IMG/VR virus record: IMGVR_UViG_3300048855_000194
Span: 1-32,751 of that record
DNA: 32,751 nucleotides
Direction: 5' to 3' (one strand)
From: a virus
Taxonomy: Duplodnaviria; Caudoviricetes
The notes under the pieces were generated by a model. It searched no databases. It was not told where the DNA came from and saw only the letters and a program-made list of their open reading frames with translations. The position numbers and the translations under genes were made by a program. Below, one piece after another: positions 8,844-14,785 of the stretch (position 1 is the first letter of the stretch; each line of letters starts with the position of its first letter).

Positions 8844-9278
8844 ATGGAAGAGCAAAAGCTGAAGGTCGACAAGCTCGGCCGGTGGGCGTGGCCGGAGAAC
8901 CCGGACTACCTCGTCTATCCACTGCGCTTCAATCACTCGAAGCATCAGGTACTGCGGCAATCAACGGGTGAGGTCACGGAGCACGACGGGCGTGCAGGTC
9001 GGGCCGCACCGTACAACTACGTCGACGCGTCGCGGGCAGTGGTCGCGTTCTATGACGCGGTGCAGGGGTCGCAGCCGTGGCACCAGGCCGTTGCGACGCA
9101 GACGTGGATGATAAAGGCGCAGATCCCGGGAATCGATAGGCGAGTCGTCGAGTTGGCGGCGTTCGCGATCGGCGACGCGGCATTTGTCTACGGCGATGGG
9201 AGCCGCATCTGGCACCGCGACGTCATCGATGGTCGGCTGCTGTTCGACCCGTACGCGCGAACGGCGGCCGCGGCGTGA
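8844..9278 (+). CDS. Hypothetical phage protein
   Basis: Strong purine-rich RBS; some atypical codons (ATA, AGG, TCA). Confidence 0.75.
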   Translation: MEEQKLKVDKLGRWAWPENPDYLVYPLRFNHSKHQVLRQSTGEVTEHDGRAGRAAPYNYVDASRAVVAFYDAVQGSQPWHQAVATQTWMIKAQIPGIDRRVVELAAFAIGDAAFVYGDGSRIWHRDVIDGRLLFDPYARTAAAA

Positions 9279-9808
9279 CTGGCAGATTCTGGGCTCAGCG
9301 TCACGGTCAGTGGCATGAGCAGGTGATGGTCGAGGCCGACAGCCCGGCCGAGGCGCTGCGGGTCGCGGAGACGGTCCCGGCGGAGGTGTGGGTTGCTTCT
9401 CGGGTGCTGACTGAGTCGCAGGCTACGACGCTCACTGGGGTCTCGCTCAGCGACGACCGGCAGCCGTGGCGACCCGCTCACCGTCCTACCGAACCGGACG
9501 AAGACGCCGCCCTGGGGCAAGCGCTCTACCGGGTGCTGTACGACGCGGGGGTGAGCTTCGAGTCCGCAACGGTGATCCCGATGCTGTCGGCGGCGGCTCG
9601 GGCTGTGCTCGGTGCCGAACCGGACGAAGACAACTGGGAGTACGGCATCGAGTACGAGGTGAGCAACACCGAAAGCGTTTTCACAGCGGCACACAGCCGC
9701 CACATGGCCGAGAAGTGGGTCGCAGAGTCACCCACGGATACCGGGCTGCGTCGCCGCCGTCCCGCTGGCCCGTGGGAGCCCGTCACCCCGATAGGAGAGG
9801 ACCGATGA
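9275..9808 (+). CDS. Hypothetical phage protein
   Basis: 4-bp overlaps; WEYG...RRR.AGPWEPV C-terminal motif typical of actinophage accessory genes. Confidence 0.72.
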   Translation: MTGRFWAQRHGQWHEQVMVEADSPAEALRVAETVPAEVWVASRVLTESQATTLTGVSLSDDRQPWRPAHRPTEPDEDAALGQALYRVLYDAGVSFESATVIPMLSAAARAVLGAEPDEDNWEYGIEYEVSNTESVFTAAHSRHMAEKWVAESPTDTGLRRRRPAGPWEPVTPIGEDR

Positions 9809-9939
9809 CCTACTGCGAGCCCACCACCTGCCCCGAGTGCGGCAACCGGACTCTGGAGTCCTCAGTGCGCACCGACTACTGCACGACGCCGGGGTGCGAT
9901 TACGGCTTCTACTACACGGATGCGAGGGAGGGATCATGA
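9805..9939 (+). CDS. 44-aa zinc-ribbon protein
   Basis: AGGAG RBS, ATGA overlaps both ends; CPECG...CTTPGCDY. Confidence 0.7.
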   Translation: MTYCEPTTCPECGNRTLESSVRTDYCTTPGCDYGFYYTDAREGS

Positions 9940-10388
9940 CCACCAACGAAGAAGCCCGCAGGGTGATGGACGAGTTGAGCCAGACCGTTTTCCCGTGGCC
10001 GCCCGAGGCTTCGACTCTGGCCGTACAGACCATTCGCGCGCTTCTCGCCGCCGCCCCTGACCACCAGGCGGAAGCACCGAGCGACGTGGTGCGGCGCGCA
10101 CTGAGGACCGCCGATTCTCTCGACTACACATTCCAGACCAAGAACGGCGACATCGAAGCGTGGTCTGATGGGGAGCGGTTCACGACAGATGACCTCCGCG
10201 CACTGGCCGCTCTCGCCGCCCGCCCTGTCGTGGATGACGCCGCCGGAGTCCGCGCCGCGATCGACGACATCGCCTGGGGCTTGGAGCATTACGAGCCGAC
10301 CGAGCACGTGCGCCGGTCAGTGCGGAGTCTGCGGATCGTGTTGGACGCGGCTCGCGCTGCTCTGGGAACCGAGGGAGGGGCGCAGTGA
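9936..10388 (+). CDS. Hypothetical phage protein
   Basis: GGAGG RBS before ATG 9936. Confidence 0.72.
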   Translation: MTTNEEARRVMDELSQTVFPWPPEASTLAVQTIRALLAAAPDHQAEAPSDVVRRALRTADSLDYTFQTKNGDIEAWSDGERFTTDDLRALAALAARPVVDDAAGVRAAIDDIAWGLEHYEPTEHVRRSVRSLRIVLDAARAALGTEGGAQ

Positions 10389-10885
10389 TGGCGACGACAG
10401 CGAGATTCGTGCTCGACGCCGTGCGCCGTGCACACTCCGACGCCGCGATCGTCCCCGAGGTGGTGATCAACGACCACCTGTGGGATGAGCGGCTTGCAGA
10501 GTCCGCGCCCACCCGCCGGATCGACGCTCTCATGTTCAAGACGCTGCAACGCACGGCGATCGAGGTGAAGGTGACGCTCGCGGACTGGAAGCGGGACACC
10601 TACCGGAAGCGGGCACCGTGGGCGGCCGTTACTCACCGGTTCGTCTATGTCGTCCCGAAGGCTCTGCACGACCAGATCGGCGGGAACTACGGCACCCACA
10701 ACCTCGACACGTGGGACTGCGGAGTCTGGACGGTCGACGAGGACGGGAGGGTCGAGGTGGTGAAGAAGGCTCGCGTGCGCCCCCACCCCGAGCCGCTTCC
10801 CCAGCAGGTCGTCCAGACGCTTGCGTATCGCGCCGCGGGGCTCTCCGCCGCCCCGGCTACCGAGGGAGAGGGAAACCATGACTGA
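10385..10885 (+). CDS. MmcB-like PD-(D/E)XK nuclease-fold protein
   Basis: E...RRIDAL...AIEVKVT.AD..RD..K...W......FVYVVP...GV pattern. Confidence 0.75.
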   Translation: MMATTARFVLDAVRRAHSDAAIVPEVVINDHLWDERLAESAPTRRIDALMFKTLQRTAIEVKVTLADWKRDTYRKRAPWAAVTHRFVYVVPKALHDQIGGNYGTHNLDTWDCGVWTVDEDGRVEVVKKARVRPHPEPLPQQVVQTLAYRAAGLSAAPATEGEGNHD

Positions 10886-11108
10886 CCCGGCCACGCTCGA
10901 AGGCGTCGCGCGCATCCAGTACGAACGGGACGTCGAATCGGCGCTCAGCGACATCGGCAAGCTCGTGGACACGCACGGGCTCTCGTGGGAGCAGGACGCG
11001 TTCTACGAGCTCGAGGTGATCGTGCGCGAAGCGGTCGGCCTGCCCGTTCCCGCTACCGGGGGAACCGACAACACCAAACCAACAGAACAGGAGCAGGAAC
11101 GTGGATGA
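10878..11108 (+). CDS. Hypothetical phage protein
   Basis: ATG 10878 after GAGGG RBS. Confidence 0.7.
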   Translation: MTDPATLEGVARIQYERDVESALSDIGKLVDTHGLSWEQDAFYELEVIVREAVGLPVPATGGTDNTKPTEQEQERG

Positions 11109-11361
11109 GACGACGACAGAGTACAAGGTCGTCTGGTTCCCTCCAGACGCTCCCGTGCGTGAGCGCACCTACACGACGGAGGCGGCGGCCCGATCGTTCA
11201 TCCGCGGTGGTGAGCGGAATGGCCACGCGGTGAAGGACTGGAATCCGATCCTCCTGTTGCGCACTGTCACGGTTGCGGAGCGCGAGATTCCGCAGGCCCC
11301 CGAATCGGCTGTTTCGGAGCATGCCGAGAACACCAAGACAGAACAGGAACAACACCAATGA
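11101..11361 (+). CDS. Hypothetical phage protein
   Basis: AGGAG RBS, GTG start, overlaps. Confidence 0.7.
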   Translation: MDETTTEYKVVWFPPDAPVRERTYTTEAAARSFIRGGERNGHAVKDWNPILLLRTVTVAEREIPQAPESAVSEHAENTKTEQEQHQ

Positions 11362-11552
11362 GCGACGCACACCAGTGGAAGCCGATCACGCCGACCGAAC
11401 CAGCGGAGGGCGTCACCGTACTCACGAGAATCTCTGACGCCGCCGGCTCGCGAAACGAGGCGCGCCTCAAGCGAGAGGGTTCGCTCTGGTTCTTTCCGGA
11501 CGGGTCGATGTACGTGTACTACACGCCCACTCACTGGGCCGAGGGACAGTAG
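11358..11552 (+). CDS. Hypothetical phage protein (ends YTPTHW)
   Basis: W.PI....P.....VL ... PTHW pattern typical of DUF551-like small phage proteins. Confidence 0.65.
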   Translation: MSDAHQWKPITPTEPAEGVTVLTRISDAAGSRNEARLKREGSLWFFPDGSMYVYYTPTHWAEGQ

Positions 11553-11554
11553 CC

Positions 11555-11788
11555 ATGGCCGTCGAACTGTACCGAGGCGAGTCGGAGCCGGTCGCCACGA
11601 ACCCCGTACTGCGAGGCGTCGACCTCGCGATGGATCGCCTCGTCCGCGAGGACTGCTTCACGGAGCGGACATTGCGCGTGCTCGACGATCTGCGCGCCGA
11701 GGTGCTCGGCGTGACAACTCCCGATGAGGTGCGAGCGCACTACCCGGCTGTACCGGAGTCTGACACCACCCAGAAGGGAAGACGATGA
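11555..11788 (+). CDS. Hypothetical phage protein
   Basis: GAGGG RBS, operon context. Confidence 0.7.
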   Translation: MAVELYRGESEPVATNPVLRGVDLAMDRLVREDCFTERTLRVLDDLRAEVLGVTTPDEVRAHYPAVPESDTTQKGRR

Positions 11789-12069
11789 ACGTCTGGATCA
11801 CGATCGCGCTGATGCTCGGCATCGTCGCACTGCTCGTCTATGCCGTAGTCCAGCTGAACGACGCGAAGACCAGGCGCCGGCAATGGATGGCCGGGGCAGG
11901 GCTCGTCGCGGGGCTGATCCTGATGGTGACCGTGATTTTCCACCACGTCGGCGTTCTGGGTGCCGCATGCCAAGAGGCGGGCGGGTACGCGGAATCAGCG
12001 GGCGGTGGCGCAGTGCTCTGCATCGACCGCGAGACGGGCACGATCATCCCCCGCTCGGAGTGGCGGTAA
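11785..12069 (+). CDS. Small membrane protein (2 TM, C-terminal Cys pair)
   Basis: Two hydrophobic helices followed by C...GG........C. Confidence 0.72.
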   Translation: MNVWITIALMLGIVALLVYAVVQLNDAKTRRRQWMAGAGLVAGLILMVTVIFHHVGVLGAACQEAGGYAESAGGGAVLCIDRETGTIIPRSEWR

Positions 12070-12073
12070 CAGC

Positions 12074-12334
12074 ATGACCCTGGATCGTGTGGAGCCGGAG
12101 GTGTACTGGCTGACCTACAAGGAAGCAGCTGACCGTGTGCACCGCCGGCCCCGCACGATCCGGTACTGGCGCACCCGTGGGATGCCGATGGGATGGGAAG
12201 AACGAGACGGGAATCGGGTGCGTGTGGTCCGCCTCGACGTCCTCCTCGCCTGGTGGCGGGAACGCATGTCGAACGACCCGATCTGGCAGCAGCACCTCCG
12301 CAAACAACGCCGACACGCCGAAGAAACCTCTTGA
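12074..12334 (+). CDS. MerR/excisionase-type HTH DNA-binding protein, candidate late-gene regulator
   Basis: WLTYKEAADRVHRRPRTIRYWRTRGM; last early gene before the non-coding gap. Confidence 0.8.
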   Translation: MTLDRVEPEVYWLTYKEAADRVHRRPRTIRYWRTRGMPMGWEERDGNRVRVVRLDVLLAWWRERMSNDPIWQQHLRKQRRHAEETS

Positions 12335-12372
12335 CTCGTTCCCGTTTGCATACCCCATGCTGTGATTAGACA
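12331..12372 (+). promoter_or_regulatory. Possible late promoter region
   Basis: AT-richer stretch with TTGACT (12331) and TTGCAT (12346) and GCAT-N5-ATGC dyad; no -10 at optimal spacing. Confidence 0.3.
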
Positions 12373-12401
12373 GGTGTCGGCAGGAGCGCAACCCAGACCC
12401 G

Positions 12402-12543
12402 CACACCCGTCACCTCAGGCCGGTCGGCCAGGTCACCTCCCCTCTACGGTGACAGCGACCGGCCTTCGTCGTTCCCGGTCGGGAGCTTGAGCCCACGCGC
12501 CAGAGACGCGTACTGCGCTCGCTCCCGACCGGGACACGGGGTG
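12402..12543 (+). ncRNA. Candidate structured RNA (three-way junction with two long hairpins)
   Basis: Perfect 10-bp stem 12417-26/12456-65 plus inner 6 bp; perfect 14-bp stem 12473-86/12521-34 plus inner stems; closing stem 12402-10/12536-43. Confidence 0.6.
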
Positions 12544-12557
12544 AATAGAGGCGCGTC

Positions 12558-12782
12558 ATGCTCGACCCGGCACCCGTCGACATCGTCGACACGGCAACCC
12601 CCGCAGTGAGCGCACTCCTGATCGAACGGTGCGACACCTGCCATTCCGCCGCGTACCTCGGCGCCCGCGTCAACGGGACCATGCTCGTCTACTGCGTGCA
12701 CCACGCGAACGAGTACCTACCCCGCCTCAGGCAGATCGCGGACCTCATCCTCGACTGCCGGCACATGCTGTCATGCGAGTGA
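12558..12782 (+). CDS. Small zinc-finger protein
   Basis: GAGG RBS; ERCDTC..AAY...LVYCVHH. Confidence 0.75.
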   Translation: MLDPAPVDIVDTATPAVSALLIERCDTCHSAAYLGARVNGTMLVYCVHHANEYLPRLRQIADLILDCRHMLSCE

Positions 12783-12949
12783 CCACCGCCCTCGTCGTCG
12801 GTGTCGCTGTCGGCACGGTCCTCGCGCACCTCGGCTACACCGCATACGAACGGTCCTACGACCATCGGGGCACCGTCTATCAGGCGTGGGCGAGGCGCAC
12901 AGCGCTCCCCACGACCACGAACCCGTACACGAAGACGAACCGTCGCTGA
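12779..12949 (+). CDS. Small membrane protein
   Basis: GTGA overlap (alternative ATG 12773); N-terminal TM helix. Confidence 0.6.
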   Translation: MTTALVVGVAVGTVLAHLGYTAYERSYDHRGTVYQAWARRTALPTTTNPYTKTNRR

Positions 12950-12959
12950 GGAGCACGAC

Positions 12960-13088
12960 ATGGGCCACGCAGCACGCGAAGTCGGCTTGAAGGGCGTCTA
13001 CGTCTGCTCCGACTGTCTGAGCACACACCGCACCCTGATCGGCCTCACCGGCTGCTGTTGCCCTGCCGCTGACGGTGACGAAGACTAG
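12960..13088 (+). CDS. 42-aa Cys-rich protein
   Basis: GAGGAG RBS; YVCSDC..H......GCCC. Confidence 0.6.
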   Translation: MGHAAREVGLKGVYVCSDCLSTHRTLIGLTGCCCPAADGDED

Positions 13089-13243
13089 GCCCGCTCGACA
13101 CCCTTCCCGGTGACGGTGAACGGCTCCGGGATCGCACCGGCACGAATTAGCCGGTCCTCAGCCAACGCCTGCTCGAACCCTCTGACGATCCGGTCAGCGA
13201 GCGCCTGTTCTTTCAACGGCAACGCCGCATCCTTGAAACCCAT
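13085..13243 (-). CDS. 52-aa reverse-strand protein (moron-like)
   Basis: GGAGGAGGG RBS before ATG; MGFKDAALPLKEQALADRIVRGFEQALAEDRLIRAGAIPEPFTVTGKGVERA; fills a gap with no + strand gene. Confidence 0.7.
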   Translation of the reverse strand: MGFKDAALPLKEQALADRIVRGFEQALAEDRLIRAGAIPEPFTVTGKGVERA

Positions 13244-13304
13244 CCTGGTTCCCTCCTCCGTCGATGGAGTTGAGAGTACCGACCGGTGATACCGGGAGGC
13301 CAGC

Positions 13305-13601
13305 ATGTCCCCGAACGGTGTCATCCAGTCCCGCCAGTACCGGGAGATGCGAGCCGAACTGAAAGCGATCTGGCAGCCGCAGAACAAGCCGTGCGCCCTC
13401 TGCTTCCAACCCACGATCGACTGGGACGGGCCACCCAACGAACCGGCATCGTTCGAGCTCCACCACCCCAAGTCACGGAAGACACACCCGCACCTCGCTC
13501 TCGACAGGCGGAACGCTCTCCCGACCCACAGCCGATGTAACCGTATCCACGGCACAGCAGAGATGCCCGCAGGCATCGGAGACACCACGGAGGACTGGTA
13601 A
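13305..13601 (+). CDS. Packaging-associated HNH endonuclease (HK97 gp74-like position)
   Basis: GGAGG RBS; CALC...FELHH...HPHLALD..N..PTHSRCN; upstream of cos/terS. Confidence 0.88.
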   Translation: MSPNGVIQSRQYREMRAELKAIWQPQNKPCALCFQPTIDWDGPPNEPASFELHHPKSRKTHPHLALDRRNALPTHSRCNRIHGTAEMPAGIGDTTEDW

Positions 13602-13771
13602 TGCGCACCATCACCTGTAAGGGCGGACCCCTCGACGGGAAGTCCTACGACATCCCCGACACCCAGACCGAGGTCACCACTGACGGCGGCATCTACAAGG
13701 TCACCCCCACCAGCAACCGGGCAGCATGGGCAGCCGACAAGGCGAAGCCCAAGCCCGCAACCAAGAAGTAA
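13601..13771 (+). CDS. 56-aa hypothetical protein (absent from ORF track)
   Basis: GGAGG RBS, TAATG coupling; MRTITCKGGPLDGKSYDIPD...KPATKK. Confidence 0.7.
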   Translation: MRTITCKGGPLDGKSYDIPDTQTEVTTDGGIYKVTPTSNRAAWAADKAKPKPATKK

Positions 13772-13799
13772 GCTCACCCCGACAGATAGGTTCCCCACC

Positions 13800-13958
13800 A
13801 TGTCCGACTTCCACGAGCACCTCTACGGCGACCCGAAGCGTGTCCACGCAGCACGGGTCCAGGCCGAAGGACGCATCGGCGCCCGCCGCATCAAACAGGC
13901 GATGCTCGACGTCGTCGAACCCCTGCTCCTACGGATCGTCTCCCGACTGGAACGGTGA
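13800..13958 (+). CDS. 52-aa hypothetical protein (absent from ORF track)
   Basis: MSDFHEHLYGDPKRVH...LLLRIVSRLER; weak RBS, fills gap. Confidence 0.55.
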   Translation: MSDFHEHLYGDPKRVHAARVQAEGRIGARRIKQAMLDVVEPLLLRIVSRLER

Positions 13959-13963
13959 CGCAC

Positions 13964-14122
13964 ATGGACGACATCAAGGTCACCCGCACCACAGACAAGA
14001 ACAGCGCCGCCTACAAGCTCGGCCGCGCCTTCGGTGCCATCATCACCACCGCACTCGGCCTCCTCATCCTCTCCGGCATCGTCTGGGGCATCGCCGCCAT
14101 CTGGCAAGCCATCACCGGCTAA
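13964..14122 (+). CDS. 52-aa membrane protein (absent from ORF track)
   Basis: MDDIKVTRTTDKNSAAYKLGRAFGAIITTALGLLILSGIVWGIAAIWQAITG. Confidence 0.7.
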   Translation: MDDIKVTRTTDKNSAAYKLGRAFGAIITTALGLLILSGIVWGIAAIWQAITG

Positions 14123-14130
14123 ACCCACAC

Positions 14131-14200
14131 GGGTAGGGGCGTTCCAATCTCCACAGACCCCGACCCCAGGCACCTCCGCCGGCAGGTTTTTCCCCCATCG
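14131..14200. other. Probable cos (cohesive end) region
   Basis: Non-coding gap between HNH cluster and terS; GGGTAGGGG ... CCTCCGCCGGCAGG ... TTTTTCCCCC layout; + strand flips from C-rich to G-rich here. Confidence 0.65.
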
Positions 14201-14347
14201 GGGTGAGTGAGGGTGCGGATCGTCTGTTTCCGTTACCGGGCTGAGCACATTGTGCAGTGCGTCGGGGTGTCGGTTGAGCAGATATGCGGGGTCGTCACCG
14301 GCGGGTGTCGTGGATGTGCGCAATGTGGCGTTGAATCGGGGGTTTTC

Positions 14348-14785
14348 GTGGCTCTGACACCGGCTGAGAAGCAGCGTGCATACCGGGAGCGGAAGCGTGC
14401 GGAGGCTGAGGCGAAGGCTGCTGAGGCGCGTAACGCGCGTAACGCGGTCGCGGGGACGGCGATGCGGGACTCGGTCGAGGCGACGATCGCGGCGGCGAAG
14501 TGGTTGACGGGTGCGGACGCGGCGTCGATGACGCAGGCGCGGCTGCTCGCGGAAGACGTGGATGTCCTGCGGCATGAAGGTGACACGACGAAGGCGCTTG
14601 CGGCGCATCGTGCGCTGTCGCGCGTGTTGAGCGATCTGGGTGCGACGGCGACGAAGCGTCAGCAGTACGAGCTGCGGTCGCGGAAGGCGGAGACGCAGAC
14701 GGAGGGTGGCGATGACGAGCAAGGCACGGCCGGCGCGTCGGGAAACGTCACGCAGCTCCGGCGCCCGCCGAAGCGTCGCGCGTAA
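14348..14785 (+). CDS. Terminase small subunit
   Basis: Directly upstream of and overlapping terL; DSVEATI.AA.WL...D.A....AR.LA..VD...L..LG.T; start GTG 14348 uncertain. Confidence 0.8.
   Translation: MALTPAEKQRAYRERKRAEAEAKAAEARNARNAVAGTAMRDSVEATIAAAKWLTGADAASMTQARLLAEDVDVLRHEGDTTKALAAHRALSRVLSDLGATATKRQQYELRSRKAETQTEGGDDEQGTAGASGNVTQLRRPPKRRA

Noticed and set aside
12335-12557. tRNA or CRISPR-like array in the non-coding gap
   Set aside because: No T-loop GTTCRA or cloverleaf; no regularly spaced direct repeats
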